Below the pieces are notes generated by a model, which did not search any database, was not told the DNA's origin, and saw nothing but the letters and a program-made list of their open reading frames with translations. Position numbers and translations under genes: made by a program. DNA of 64,000 bases from Nitrospirota bacterium (GTDB lineage: Bacteria > Nitrospirota > Thermodesulfovibrionia > Thermodesulfovibrionales > SM23-35): the NCBI GenBank assembly GCA_013388435.1, contig JACAFE010000032.1, positions 6,851-70,850 of the forward strand. The letters are read 5' to 3'. This document shows, in pieces, positions 51,413 through 62,812 of the stretch (position 1 is the first letter of the stretch; every line of letters begins with the position of its first letter).

Positions 51413-53845
51413 ATGTTTGAGAAATTTACCGAACGCGGTCGCAAGGTTATTATATACGCAAAAGAAGAAGCCGAAAAAAGGCAGAATGATTATCTTGGAA
51501 CAGAGCATTTATTGCTTGCAGTTTTAAAAGAGGATGACGGACTTCCTGTTGCCATTCTAAAAAGAATGGGCATTATGCCCGATGAAATTCGCATGGAAGT
51601 AGAAAGAAACCTCCCACAGGGCACAAACCTGATGACTTTTGGAGATATTCCTTTTACTCCCCGCGCAAAGAAAGTACTCGAACTCGCGGTAGAAGAAGCG
51701 AGACTCCTTGGACACAATTATATCGGCAGTGAACATATTTTTCTGGGGCTCATTAGAGAAGAAGAAGGCATAGGAGGGAAAATTTTAAGAAGTTTTGGTG
51801 CTAATCTACTTGGAGCCCGTCAGCTTACAATAAACTTTTCAATCAGGGCTCACTCACATATCAGGGAGAGAAGGAGCACTACTCCTGCACTCGATGAATT
51901 TGGGAGAGATTTGACAATGCTTGCAAGAGAAGGCAAGCTTGATCCTGTTATTTGCAGGGAAGATGAAATTGAAAGGCTCGTTCAGATACTCGGTAGAAGG
52001 ATTAAAAATAATCCTGTCATAATTGGAGAACCAGGAGTTGGTAAAACAGCTATTGTCGAAGGACTTGCCCAGAAAATAATATCAGGAAGTATTCCCGACA
52101 TTCTTCTTAATAAACGTATCATCTCGCTTGATCTCGGAGCTCTAATCGCTGGCACAAAATATCGCGGGCAATTCGAAGAGCGTTTGAAGATAGTTATGAA
52201 AGAAATTACGCAATCCGATAATATTATTCTCTTTGTTGACGAACTTCACACATTGATTGGAGCAGGCGCTGCTGAAGGTTCTGTAGATGCTTCAAGCATG
52301 CTTAAACCCGCATTATCAAGGGGTGAGATACAATGTATAGGCGCAACAACTCCGGATGAATACAGAAAATACATTGAAAGGGATGGCGCTCTCGAAAGAA
52401 GATTTCAACCTATTTATATAAATCCACCTGATGTTGAAGATGCAATTATTATTTTAAAAGGGCTTAAATCAAGATACGAGGCGTTTCATAAAGTGAAAAT
52501 AAGCGATGTTGCTGTCGAAAGCGCTGTCAGACTTTCAGACAGATATGTATCAGACAGGTATCTTCCTGATAAGGCTATAGATGTTATTGATGAAACTGCC
52601 TCAAGGATAAAACTTAAAAGATATACCCCGCCTCACGAACTAAAAGAGATAGAAGAAGATATAAAGAGATGTTCAAAAGAGAAAAATCTCTATATAAAAC
52701 TTCATGATCTCGAAAAAGCATCTTCTATAAAGCTTGAAGAAGAACGTCTGAAACGCCTGCATGAACAATTGCATAGGCAATGGATAGATAATCTTAACAA
52801 AGAAATCCCTGTTGTCAGAGAAGAGGATATCGAATATACTCTGTCAAAAATGACCGGCATCCCGCTTTCGAAGCTTGAGGAAAAAGAATTCGAGAAACTT
52901 ATCAGAATGGAAGAAAATCTGCATAAGAGAATAATAGGACAGGAAGAAGCCATTAAAGCAGTTTCAAGAGCAATAAGAAGGTCACGTGCAGGGCTAAAGT
53001 CAAGCAAAAAGCCTATTGGTTCTTTCTTCTTTTTAGGTCCGACAGGAGTTGGAAAAACAGAACTCGCCAAAGCTCTTGCAGCTTTTCTGTTCAATGATGA
53101 AACTTCTCTAATAAAAATAGACATGTCAGAATACATGGAAAGATTCAATGTTTCAAGGCTTACAGGTGCACCTCCGGGCTATGTAGGTTATGAAGAGGGT
53201 GGTCAATTAACAGAACGTATCCGGAAAAAACCTTATTCTGTTGTATTATTCGATGAAATAGAAAAAGCTCATCCCGATGTCTTCAACATACTTCTTCAGG
53301 TTCTTGATGAAGGTGTATTGACAGATAGCTTTGGAAGAAAAGTTGACTTCAAAAATACAGTGATAATTATGACATCAAATCTCGGAGCAAGGTTAATCGA
53401 GAAAGCAACCCCGCTGGGTTTCCAGAAAAATGTAAGCGGAATAGTTTATGAAAAAATAAAAGAAAATGTGCTCAATGAACTTAAAAAGACTTTTAATCCG
53501 GAATTTCTCAATCGTGTTGATGAAACAGTTGTATTTCATCCTCTCGAAAAAGAGCACCTGCTATTAATTATAGATCTTCTAATCTCTGAAACCAATAAAA
53601 TGCTTCTTGAACAGGAAATAGTCATTGATGTATCTCAGGAAGTTAAAGAATGGTTAATCGCACATTATTATCAACCTACTTATGGAGCAAGACCAATGCG
53701 AAGAGCTATTCAAAAAGAGATAGAAGACCCGCTGTCTGAAGAAATCCTCAGAGGAAAATTCAGAGGAATAAACCATATTTCCGTTGTTTTAGAAGATAAC
53801 AGACCTGCCTTTGTTGAGGCGATGGAACCAGTTGCAGTATCGTGA
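51413..53845 (+). CDS. clpC: ATP-dependent Clp protease ATP-binding subunit
   Basis: MFEKFTE Clp_N repeats; GEPGVGKT and [11 protein letters not shown]-like middle domain; LGF loop. Confidence 0.95.
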   Translation: MFEKFTERGRKVIIYAKEEAEKRQNDYLGTEHLLLAVLKEDDGLPVAILKRMGIMPDEIRMEVERNLPQGTNLMTFGDIPFTPRAKKVLELAVEEARLLGHNYIGSEHIFLGLIREEEGIGGKILRSFGANLLGARQLTINFSIRAHSHIRERRSTTPALDEFGRDLTMLAREGKLDPVICREDEIERLVQILGRRIKNNPVIIGEPGVGKTAIVEGLAQKIISGSIPDILLNKRIISLDLGALIAGTKYRGQFEERLKIVMKEITQSDNIILFVDELHTLIGAGAAEGSVDASSMLKPALSRGEIQCIGATTPDEYRKYIERDGALERRFQPIYINPPDVEDAIIILKGLKSRYEAFHKVKISDVAVESAVRLSDRYVSDRYLPDKAIDVIDETASRIKLKRYTPPHELKEIEEDIKRCSKEKNLYIKLHDLEKASSIKLEEERLKRLHEQLHRQWIDNLNKEIPVVREEDIEYTLSKMTGIPLSKLEEKEFEKLIRMEENLHKRIIGQEEAIKAVSRAIRRSRAGLKSSKKPIGSFFFLGPTGVGKTELAKALAAFLFNDETSLIKIDMSEYMERFNVSRLTGAPPGYVGYEEGGQLTERIRKKPYSVVLFDEIEKAHPDVFNILLQVLDEGVLTDSFGRKVDFKNTVIIMTSNLGARLIEKATPLGFQKNVSGIVYEKIKENVLNELKKTFNPEFLNRVDETVVFHPLEKEHLLLIIDLLISETNKMLLEQEIVIDVSQEVKEWLIAHYYQPTYGARPMRRAIQKEIEDPLSEEILRGKFRGINHISVVLEDNRPAFVEAMEPVAVS

Positions 53846-54369
53846 AAAATAAAGGAATATTTCTTTTAATACTTATTTCCATTGCTGTTTTGACAGTATT
53901 TTTATTTATCAAAACCCCGGAAACTCCAAAAAAGGCGGTTGAAGGTAAACCAATACCCGATTTTATCCTTGTAGATGTTGATAACAATAAAGTGAATCTT
54001 TCTGATTTGAGGGGTTCTGTTGTTTTCATAAATTTCTGGGCAACATGGTGTGATTCATGCATTGAAGAAATGCCTTCGATGGAACGTCTTTACAGACGTT
54101 TATCCGGAAATCCTAATTTTAAAATGGCAACCATAATAGTCAAAGATGATCTTAATAATGCTCTTTCTTTTTTAAAAAAAAATGGATACACATTTCCTGT
54201 ATATCTGAATCCCGATGAAAGTGCTTCCCGTATTTTCAGAATTACAGGTATCCCCGAAACATTTATTCTTGATAAAAAAGGCATATTGAGAGCAAAAGCC
54301 ATAGGGCCTGAAAACTGGGATTCTCCTCAAATATTTGCAAATATTCAGGAATTGATAAACGAACTTTGA
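53842..54369 (+). CDS. TlpA/ResA-family thiol-disulfide oxidoreductase
   Basis: N-terminal TM; INFWATWCDSCIEEMP; GIPETF. Confidence 0.92.
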   Translation: MKNKGIFLLILISIAVLTVFLFIKTPETPKKAVEGKPIPDFILVDVDNNKVNLSDLRGSVVFINFWATWCDSCIEEMPSMERLYRRLSGNPNFKMATIIVKDDLNNALSFLKKNGYTFPVYLNPDESASRIFRITGIPETFILDKKGILRAKAIGPENWDSPQIFANIQELINEL

Positions 54370-54381
54370 GAATCAATAAAA

Positions 54382-54906
54382 ATGGGCAGAATAGCGCCTC
54401 CAGAACGTGTAATGCTTTTTGCTGGCTTTCTTTTTAATGATACATCAATTCTCGAAAAATCCCTTGAACTTCTCACAAAACTCTATGGTGATATTCTCTT
54501 TAAAAGTCAACAAATAAACTGGAATTATTCGGAATATTATAATAATGAACTTGGCAAAAATATTTTGAGGCAATTCGTTTTTTTTAAAAATCTCATAGAC
54601 CCTGCAAATATTGTTGACATTAAAATTCAGACGAACAAATTCGAGGAAATGTTTTTAGATAATAATAGAAGAAGAATTAACATAGATCCAGGTTATATGT
54701 CTTTAGCCAAAATTGTGCTTGCTACCACCAAAAACTATTCTCATAGAATATATCTCGGCAGGGGTATTTATGCCGAAGTAACTCTTATTTACAAAAATAA
54801 CACCTTTATTCCTTTTTTCTATACATATAAAGATTACAGGGGAAAAGAATATATAGATATTTTTTTGAAAGCCCGCAACGAACTAAAGAATATTTTGAAA
54901 AATTAA
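54382..54906 (+). CDS. DUF4416-family protein
   Basis: YYNNELG, RRINIDPGY, LATTKNYSHRIYL..GIYAEVTL. Confidence 0.85.
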   Translation: MGRIAPPERVMLFAGFLFNDTSILEKSLELLTKLYGDILFKSQQINWNYSEYYNNELGKNILRQFVFFKNLIDPANIVDIKIQTNKFEEMFLDNNRRRINIDPGYMSLAKIVLATTKNYSHRIYLGRGIYAEVTLIYKNNTFIPFFYTYKDYRGKEYIDIFLKARNELKNILKN

Positions 54907-55086
54907 TCCGCTGGAATTTAAATTTCTTAATAGTTATTAACTTTTTAGGAGTTATTTGTTATCTTAAATTAAATACCTGAATAAGATATGGAGACACTTT
55001 GTTAATAAATTTAAGAAAATATATTAAATTAAAATTGACCCTCATTAGTCTTATCGAAAAATACCATCCATTCAATCTAAGTAAGC

Positions 55087-57234
55087 ATGACCATACTTCT
55101 TGGAACGGTTTTAGTTCTCGGATGGATGTCCTCGAAAAGAGTCAGAGAAACTGTTACAGATGATTTTAATCAGCAACAGCTTGTTCTTGCAAGACATGCT
55201 GCCCGTCAGATAGAAAATAGCCTTGAGTCGATAAAAAGGGAATTATTTCTTTTAAGTCTTTCTCCCTCTATACAATATAAAGAATCGGCTTTTATGGGTG
55301 ACCGTATGAAAATCGCTTTTTCAAGAATTAAACACGAAGGTACTATAGAAATGCGTTTTACTGATACTGATAACAAAACTTATATTGTTTCGGACAAAAT
55401 AAAATTCACTACAAATAAAGCAGACAGTAATGATATAGAATGCCTAAACCGGGCGAAAGATGAGAATCTAAAAGGAACTTTATTTATGACCAAGGTTACA
55501 ATCATTCCTTACAATAACAATGGTGGTAAACCCTTTATGAAAATGGCAATACCTGTATGGCAGGTATCTGTTGATGATTCACATCCTGTTGCGTTGAATA
55601 AATTTTCTGGCGTTATGGTCTTTGTTATTGACATCAGCAGTTTGATTGAGTCTGTTGTTAATGAACTTCGCTCCGGGAAAACAGGCTATGCATGGGTAAT
55701 AGATAAAGATGGAACTTTCCTGTATCATGAGGAAAAATCATTCATTGGTAAAAATGCATTTGAGGCACGTAAAAGGAAAAAACCAACTATGTCTTTTACA
55801 AGAATTAATGAAATACAAAAGGAAAAAATGCTAAAAGGTCAAGAAGGAAAAAGCTGGTATATTTCCGGTTGGCACAGAGGAATTGAAGGCGAGATAAAGA
55901 AACTAATTGCATATACACCAATTAAAATAGATGAAAAAAATCCTGACAGGATATGGTCTGTTGCGGTAGTTGCGCCTATAAGCGAAGTTGAAGGTGCAAT
56001 TCATTCTATCCATCTTCAGCAGTTTATACTTCAGGCAATAATTATATCTGTAATACTTTTTGGCGGGCTTTTCATAAACTTTATGATACTTTCATGGTCC
56101 AATATTCTTGAACAGGAAGTTGCAAGAAAAACAAATGAATTAAAGAAATCAGAGCAAAGATATAGATCTCTCATTGAAAATGCGGAGGATTTAATATACA
56201 CGGTTGATTACAATGGTAATTTTCTTTCAATTAATAAATACGGTGCAAAATTTTTAAATAAAAACAGGTCTGAAATTATCGGTAAAAATATTACCGAAAT
56301 ATTTACATGGCCGAGTTCTGAAGTACTTATCGTTATGATACAAACTGTATTTAATACAAAAGAAAGCAAGCAGCTTATACATATGGTTATTATAGGAGAA
56401 AATGAATACTGGTTCAGTACAAATTTGAGAAGGCTATGGGATGAAACAGGTAATATATACGCAGTGCTCGGCATTTCAAGAGATATAACCGACAGGAAAA
56501 AGATTGAAGAACATAGTTACTATACAGAAAAACTTGCTTCTATGGGAACTCTTGCAGCAGGTGTAGCACATGAGATTAACAATCCTCTCGGTATAATACT
56601 CGGCTTTACAGAACTTCTCTTAGAGAAATATCCTGAAGGTTCCGAAGAATACGAAATGCTAAAAACAATAGAAAAACAGGGTCTTAATGCAAAAAGAGTT
56701 GTTGAAAATCTACTTAATTTTGCTCGTCATAAAGATCATAAAGAAGAACTTGTTGATATTAACAAGAGCCTCCGAACAGTTATTTCGGTTATGGGCAATA
56801 CAATACGTTTAAATAAAATCGAAGTAAAAGAAAATTTACAGGAAGCCCTTCCGCCGGTTTTAGCCGATGAGGGAGAAATTCAACAGGTTTTCTTTAATAT
56901 TATCAATAATGCCATTTACGCTATGTCTCAGAAGGGCGGTGGCATTTTAACAATTACAACATCATATTTAAACTCAGATACAGTGGATATTCGCATATCC
57001 GATACCGGTGACGGAATGAAAAAAGAGCACAGGAAAAGAATATTCGATCCATTATTCACAACAAAAGAAGTGGGTAAAGGTACAGGTCTCGGACTTTTTA
57101 TTTCCTATGGCATAGTAACGAAACATGGTGGCTCTATTACTTTCAAGACAAAAACACGTGATGAATCCCCGGATACAGGGACAACTTTTATAATCAATTT
57201 ACCAGCAGCAAGGGTTGCTACCAAAGAAATTTAA
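55087..57234 (+). CDS. Cache/PAS sensor histidine kinase (NtrB-like)
   Basis: SGKTGYAWVID Cache; PAS; EKLASMGTLAAGVAHEINNPL; TTKEVGKGTGLGL; start uncertain. Confidence 0.92.
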   Translation: MTILLGTVLVLGWMSSKRVRETVTDDFNQQQLVLARHAARQIENSLESIKRELFLLSLSPSIQYKESAFMGDRMKIAFSRIKHEGTIEMRFTDTDNKTYIVSDKIKFTTNKADSNDIECLNRAKDENLKGTLFMTKVTIIPYNNNGGKPFMKMAIPVWQVSVDDSHPVALNKFSGVMVFVIDISSLIESVVNELRSGKTGYAWVIDKDGTFLYHEEKSFIGKNAFEARKRKKPTMSFTRINEIQKEKMLKGQEGKSWYISGWHRGIEGEIKKLIAYTPIKIDEKNPDRIWSVAVVAPISEVEGAIHSIHLQQFILQAIIISVILFGGLFINFMILSWSNILEQEVARKTNELKKSEQRYRSLIENAEDLIYTVDYNGNFLSINKYGAKFLNKNRSEIIGKNITEIFTWPSSEVLIVMIQTVFNTKESKQLIHMVIIGENEYWFSTNLRRLWDETGNIYAVLGISRDITDRKKIEEHSYYTEKLASMGTLAAGVAHEINNPLGIILGFTELLLEKYPEGSEEYEMLKTIEKQGLNAKRVVENLLNFARHKDHKEELVDINKSLRTVISVMGNTIRLNKIEVKENLQEALPPVLADEGEIQQVFFNIINNAIYAMSQKGGGILTITTSYLNSDTVDIRISDTGDGMKKEHRKRIFDPLFTTKEVGKGTGLGLFISYGIVTKHGGSITFKTKTRDESPDTGTTFIINLPAARVATKEI

Positions 57235-57270
57235 AATTATAATAAAGTATTAAGAACCCCGGAGGTTAAA

Positions 57271-57698
57271 ATGGCAGAAAAGATTTTAATAGTAGACGAC
57301 GAACCTGACATGCTAAAACTTTTAAGTATGACTTTGCAAAAGAAAACTCCCTATCAGGTTACAATTACAAATAATCCTGTCGAGGCTTTAACTCTTGCAA
57401 AAAGCGGGGAGTTCGAACTTGTGATCACCGACCTCAAAATGCCAGGACTCGACGGGATGGAACTTCTTGATGCTGTAAAAAAATCAATCCAGATACGCCT
57501 ATTATAATGATTACCGCCTATGGAACCATCGAGTCTGCTTCTGAAGCAATGGCTAAAGGTGGATTCGATTTTATAACAAAACCATTCAGAATCGAACAAA
57601 TACTTTTTACAATAGAAAAAGCGATCAAATGGCTAAATCTTCAGAAAGAGAATAGACTTCTTAAGGAACAACTCAGCAAGAAGGAAAATAATCTTTAA
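57271..57698 (+). CDS. Single-domain response regulator (NtrC-type receiver), split by a frameshift at A7 (57477-57483)
   Basis: ILIVDDE..ITDLKMPG in one frame; INPDTPIIMITAYG..FITKPF in the -1 frame. Confidence 0.85.
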
Positions 57699-59316
57699 TA
57701 AATTTTTCAAAATGTCTTGCGGTAGAACCTTCATCATGCATGACTACATCAAGTTGCTTTGTATAAGCTGTCAATTTACCAATTATATCGAGTTTATTCA
57801 ATAATGATTCTTTATTATCTTTTGTCAAAATGGCATTAATGATGTCTTCTGTAATACGAACATTAAAATCGAGTTTTTTTAAGACCCTTGCGATTAAATC
57901 CACTCTTCTTATCCTTCTCTGAAAATCTGCGCCTCCACCTTTAAAATAAAATCTTATATAATTGTCAATTATATTATTACCTGTAAGTGCTTCAATCACG
58001 GAAAGATGATACCCGAGATTAATCGAAAAATTCATATAATCTTTCGAAATAAAAGCAAAACTCTTTTCGGACATTTGAGCCATTTCAGACTCAGACATAG
58101 AAGCTGTACGGGCAATCATCCCCATTATCCCGCTGAAATCTGGAAGTCGAGGTTCTGGCCATTCTATCGAAGCAAGTCCATTAATAAAAGCGGATAGAGG
58201 CATAGATAATATATCCTGCTTTGATATTTTCTTAAGTGAACCCTGGCCTGAAATACCATCCCCTAAATCTATAATGTATATTGCAAGTGGTACAATTCCT
58301 GTTAATTTTACGGTTTTTATGCCTGCTGGAAATTCATTGGTAATTCCAAAAATTTCTTCCATGACTTTTTGATGGGTATATCTTGCTATATCATGGAGGG
58401 TTTTACAATTCTCAGCGCAAAAATCTTTGTCTTCAGAGCTGGTCAAATTAAGAGGCATTATATTTTTCCATAGAAGCTCAAGCTCTTTATCGAAATCTGT
58501 TGTTAGTTTTTCATGTTCCTGTTCAACTATAATTTTCTCAAGTTCCTGGATTTTCCCATCATAAATAATTCCATTTATTGCATCTACTGTTATTTCCATT
58601 CCGTCTTTTATAATTTCAGTCGCATTTTCTGTATTAACAATCATCGGCACGCCAGCCTCTCTCGCAATAGCTGCCAGATGAACAGTTACAGCACCGACAT
58701 CAGTTACAACAGCGCTCGCATTTTTTAAAACAGGTGAATATCTTGATGAAGAATATTTTGTTATTAAAACCGCGCCTGCCGGAAAAATATTTAAGTTATC
58801 TTCGGATTTCAATATAAATGCCTTTCCAATACCGATTCCTTTTGATGCAACCCTACCTTTTTCGATGATTATTTTATGCTGTCTGTAAAAAGGCACTTTA
58901 ATATCAAGTGTTTTTTTCGAGGTTTGTGCAAGTGTGTTTTGTTTCACTGAAGACTTGTTTTCATGCAATACAAAAAAAATCTTTTTGAAACACTCCTCAA
59001 GATTCTCATTTATTTGCGTGAGTTTCAACAATAAATCAGAATACTTGCCACCTGATATTTGATTTAGTTTGATCACCATTTCTTTAACTTCCTCTGACAT
59101 TAAAACTATTTCCTTATGGAAATTATCAATTTCATCCGGTTCAACAAAAGGCAGTTTCTCTTCAATAACCATCATCGATTCAAGGAATTTATTATTGTGT
59201 GAAAGCACTTCTCTGAAAGTATTATATTTATAAATATAAATATCTTTTACGTTTTTGAGATCTACAGAAGATGGTCTCTTTTCGAGAATTTGTGATATGC
59301 GTTTTAAGATTTTCAT
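57673..59316 (-). CDS. PEP-utilising-enzyme mobile (phospho-His) domain protein; PEP-synthase-like but lacking the ATP-grasp domain
   Basis: ASKGIGIGKA, VTDVGAVTVHLAAIAREAGVP, TVDAING; CKTLHDIARYTH, FYFKGGGAD, TKQLDV. Confidence 0.78.
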   Translation of the reverse strand: MKILKRISQILEKRPSSVDLKNVKDIYIYKYNTFREVLSHNNKFLESMMVIEEKLPFVEPDEIDNFHKEIVLMSEEVKEMVIKLNQISGGKYSDLLLKLTQINENLEECFKKIFFVLHENKSSVKQNTLAQTSKKTLDIKVPFYRQHKIIIEKGRVASKGIGIGKAFILKSEDNLNIFPAGAVLITKYSSSRYSPVLKNASAVVTDVGAVTVHLAAIAREAGVPMIVNTENATEIIKDGMEITVDAINGIIYDGKIQELEKIIVEQEHEKLTTDFDKELELLWKNIMPLNLTSSEDKDFCAENCKTLHDIARYTHQKVMEEIFGITNEFPAGIKTVKLTGIVPLAIYIIDLGDGISGQGSLKKISKQDILSMPLSAFINGLASIEWPEPRLPDFSGIMGMIARTASMSESEMAQMSEKSFAFISKDYMNFSINLGYHLSVIEALTGNNIIDNYIRFYFKGGGADFQRRIRRVDLIARVLKKLDFNVRITEDIINAILTKDNKESLLNKLDIIGKLTAYTKQLDVVMHDEGSTARHFEKFIKDYFPSC

Positions 59317-59479
59317 TGCTTAAAATAAATATTTTGATCCCAAAATACATTACGCAGGTTAATATAACACTTGCTTAATAACATTATATCAACTATATCA
59401 GGATTATGCATTCATTTAAAATTAGTACTTTTATAGAATAATTATTTATGATCTGACCAAATATGTTATTTTATAAACA

Positions 59480-59962
59480 ATGAATAAAATAATTTCTGAA
59501 CATATTATTAAAGTTCACAATATTTTTAAGGAGAAAAAAATTACATTATCTATTGCCGAATCGTGCACCGGCGGTTTGATTAGCCATTATATTACTTCTT
59601 TCCCCGGGTCAAGCGAATTTTTTGTTGCCGGATTGGTAGTTTATTCTGCAGAAATGAAAAAAAAGATTCTGCGCATACCTTCCAGAATAATAGAAAATTT
59701 TGGGGTTGTAAGTAGTCAAACTGCGATAGAAATGGCAGATAGAATCAGGAAACTAACCTCAACTGACTTTTCTGTTTCAACTACAGGGAATCTTGGTCCA
59801 GATGTGCTTGAAGGTAAAGAAAGAGGACTTATATATATTGCTGTAAGCAGAAAAAATCATACCTCTGTAAAAGAACATAAATTTAAAGGTAACAGGCAAC
59901 AAAACAAAGAAAAAGCAGCACTTAAAGCATTAGAGTTTTTAATAGAAACCGTATCTTCTTGA
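59480..59962 (+). CDS. cinA: CinA C-terminal domain/NMN amidohydrolase (PncC-like)
   Basis: AESCTGG, PGSS, GVVSSQTAIEMA, TTGNLGP. Confidence 0.88.
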   Translation: MNKIISEHIIKVHNIFKEKKITLSIAESCTGGLISHYITSFPGSSEFFVAGLVVYSAEMKKKILRIPSRIIENFGVVSSQTAIEMADRIRKLTSTDFSVSTTGNLGPDVLEGKERGLIYIAVSRKNHTSVKEHKFKGNRQQNKEKAALKALEFLIETVSS

Positions 59963-60095
59963 TTTTTCCGATTTTTCTCCAAATTAGTTGCTAATTTTTA
60001 ATTTCGCAACATCTGAATTATTTCAATTGCATCATTTGGGTTAAATACTATTATTATGTTGACTTTATATTTTATTGATTGATAGACTTTAAATT

Positions 60096-60947
60096 ATGAT
60101 AGATACGCTTGAATTCTATGAAGAATTAAAAGAAGCTCTTGAACCAGCTGCTGCAAAGAAAATAGCCGAACTTCTCGGAAAACTTTACAGAGATTTGAAA
60201 AATACTGTAACAAAAGCTGAATTTGAGAGACTTACGGATGTTGTATCAGAACTGGTTCAAAGCCAGAAACAACTGGTAGAAGCTCAGAAAAGATCTGAAC
60301 AGAGACTTGACTCTCTTGCTTTGAAGATGGAAGAGCTTGCGGAAGCGCAAAAGAAGACAGAGCAAAGGTTGGATTCTCTTACATTAAGGGTTGAAGAGCT
60401 TGCAGAAGCGCAAAAGAAGACAGAGCAAAGGTTGGATTCTCTTACATTAAGGGTTGAAGAACTTGCGGAAGCGCAAAAGAAGACAGAAGAGGAGTTAAAG
60501 ATTCTTATACAAGAACATAAAAAAACACGTGAAATGGTTGCTGGATTATCTGACACTGTTGGTTATGGTCTTGAAGATAAGATAATGCCTTATATTATTG
60601 AATTTGCTAGGAAAGAATACAAAATAGAGGTATCTTTAATAGATAGAAAGAATATGCTTTATCCTGATGGCAGATATGATGAAATAAATATATATGTAGA
60701 AGGCAGAAAAAACGGTGAAAAAGTATACATGGTTGGAGAATGCAAAGCAAGACCCAGCAAAAAAGATATTGAGAGGTTTTCAAACCTTCTTAAACGTTTA
60801 AGTAATTATATTGGTGGTTCAATATATCCTTTTGTTGTAGGGTATTATTATTCACCAGATGTTGAAAAATATTTAAAAGAAAAGCATCCTGATATTAAAG
60901 CTTTGAAGAGTTTTGAGTTTGAAATGAAATACTCAAAACAAAATTAA
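60096..60947 (+). CDS. Coiled-coil repeat protein with C-terminal PD-(D/E)XK-like domain
   Basis: EELAEAQKKTEQRLDSLTLRV repeats; GYGLED, DEINIYVEG, VGECKAR. Confidence 0.75.
   Translation: MIDTLEFYEELKEALEPAAAKKIAELLGKLYRDLKNTVTKAEFERLTDVVSELVQSQKQLVEAQKRSEQRLDSLALKMEELAEAQKKTEQRLDSLTLRVEELAEAQKKTEQRLDSLTLRVEELAEAQKKTEEELKILIQEHKKTREMVAGLSDTVGYGLEDKIMPYIIEFARKEYKIEVSLIDRKNMLYPDGRYDEINIYVEGRKNGEKVYMVGECKARPSKKDIERFSNLLKRLSNYIGGSIYPFVVGYYYSPDVEKYLKEKHPDIKALKSFEFEMKYSKQN
60330..60488 (+). repeat. 63-bp near-identical tandem repeat, about 2.5 copies plus a degenerate upstream copy
   Basis: Units start at 60330, 60393 and 60456. Confidence 0.9.
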
Positions 60948-60973
60948 ATCATTTAAATTTTACGGAGGATATT

Positions 60974-61576
60974 GTGCTTAAGAAAATTACAGTAGTCTTT
61001 TTTCTAATTTTATTTGCCTCTTCAACCGTATTTGCTCTTGAATTTTCAGCAGATTCAATAACAACACAGAAAGGTGGGTATCAGATAAAAGGAAAGTTGT
61101 TTTATAAAGCTGACAAATTCAGAATGGAAACTCAAGCTCATCGCGATATGAGTATGATTACGATTACAAGGATTGATAAAAAGGTTGCATGGAATCTTAT
61201 GCCTGATACCAAAACATATATGGAAATGCCTTTGAATATGCAAAATACTCCAAAGGTTCAAGAAAAATATGAAGGCGAGATAGAAAGAAAACAGTTAGGA
61301 AGTGAAACAATAGATGGACATCCTACGAAAAAATATCTCATTACTTATAAAACAAACAATGAAACACACCAGGTTTATCAATGGCTTGCGACTGATATAA
61401 ATATGCCTGTTAAGACTTCGGCTATTGATGGTTCATGGTCGCATGAACTGAGAAACATAAAAATTGGAACACAGCCCGATAGCCTCTTCGAAATACCTGC
61501 AGGTTATCAGAAAATGCAAATGCCACAATTTCCGGGCATGCCCAGTGGAATTAATATGATGAAAAAGGCAAGATAA
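60974..61576 (+). CDS. Exported DUF4412/LolA-like fold protein
   Basis: Signal peptide; EFSAD, KFRME, LGSETIDGHPTKKY, DSLFEIPAGY. Confidence 0.75.
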   Translation: MLKKITVVFFLILFASSTVFALEFSADSITTQKGGYQIKGKLFYKADKFRMETQAHRDMSMITITRIDKKVAWNLMPDTKTYMEMPLNMQNTPKVQEKYEGEIERKQLGSETIDGHPTKKYLITYKTNNETHQVYQWLATDINMPVKTSAIDGSWSHELRNIKIGTQPDSLFEIPAGYQKMQMPQFPGMPSGINMMKKAR

Positions 61577-61662
61577 AACTAAACCCAATTTTTAGTAGTG
61601 ATTAAATAAAAAATTCGCTCCGTACAGTAGTGCTTTCTTCATAAAAAAATTTGGGTTAACTT

Positions 61663-61851
61663 TTATCGCACTCCGTGTTCTTTGTAAGCCGTGCCTTCTT
61701 CTACAAACATTGATTTTGCAGCCCCGCATGCTGGACATACCCAGTCATCCGGCAGGTTTTCAAAAGGAGTGCCTGGTGCTATTCCCGAATCAGGATCCCC
61801 TACCGCAGGATCATAAATATAACCGCAAGCAGTGCATACATATTTTTTCAT
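61663..61851 (-). CDS. Rubredoxin
   Basis: [29 protein letters not shown] ggagg. Confidence 0.95.
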   Translation of the reverse strand: MKKYVCTACGYIYDPAVGDPDSGIAPGTPFENLPDDWVCPACGAAKSMFVEEGTAYKEHGVR

Positions 61852-62026
61852 TTTCGAACCTCCCAAACTTTAATGGATAATTTATAAAGTAAATTATTAT
61901 AATATTTTTAAAAAGAATAATTCAAACAAAAAATAACATCCTGTTAAGACAATTTAAAATATAATTATTAGATTATGAACTATTATAAAATCTATTATAA
62001 ATAGAATGAAGGGAATTTAAAGTTAA

Positions 62027-62812
62027 ATGGATAATTCAGTTATTAATATGAAAAATGTCTCATGGAAAAATGGTTATCGTTATATCCTTAAAAAAATAAA
62101 CTGGACTGTTAAGCAGAAGGAGCACTGGGTAATATTGGGGCTTAATGGCTCGGGGAAAACTTCTTTGTTGAATCTTATAAATGGTTATATATGGCCATCA
62201 AAAGGCACAATCAGTGTTCTCGGGAAAACCTTTGGCGAATATGATATAAGACAATTAAGGAAATCTATCGGCATGGTAAGTTCTTATTTGCAGGAAAAAT
62301 TCTACACAACCGAGACCGCTGAAGAAATTATTTTAAGTGGAAAATTTGCAACTATCGGTTTATATGACCGAATTTCTTCGAAGGATTATAAAGATGTTAA
62401 AAAGATTATGGAATCTTTAGATTGTATTACAGTATTGAGAAAACCATATTGCATACTATCTCAAGGAGAAAAACAGAAGGTTCTGATAGCACGTGCGCTA
62501 ATTAATATGCCTGAAATACTTGTTTTTGATGAGCCATTGAGCGGGCTTGATATTTTCGGACGGGAAAATCTTCTCTCTTATATCGAACAGTTAGGCAGAA
62601 AAGATAATGCGCCGACTATTATTTATGTTACCCACAGAATTGAGGAAATACTTCCTGTTTTTACCCACATTCTATTATTGAAAAATGGCGAAATATATTT
62701 GCAGGGAAAGAAAAAAGATATTCTTACAAATAAAAATTTATCCTACTTCTTTGAAACACCTGTAAAAATAAGCCTGCATAAAAACAGATTCGGATTGAAC
62801 TTTATTTCTTAG
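62027..62812 (+). CDS. ABC ATP-binding protein (ModF/YlmA-like)
   Basis: [28 protein letters not shown]; no permease nearby. Confidence 0.88.
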   Translation: MDNSVINMKNVSWKNGYRYILKKINWTVKQKEHWVILGLNGSGKTSLLNLINGYIWPSKGTISVLGKTFGEYDIRQLRKSIGMVSSYLQEKFYTTETAEEIILSGKFATIGLYDRISSKDYKDVKKIMESLDCITVLRKPYCILSQGEKQKVLIARALINMPEILVFDEPLSGLDIFGRENLLSYIEQLGRKDNAPTIIYVTHRIEEILPVFTHILLLKNGEIYLQGKKKDILTNKNLSYFFETPVKISLHKNRFGLNFIS

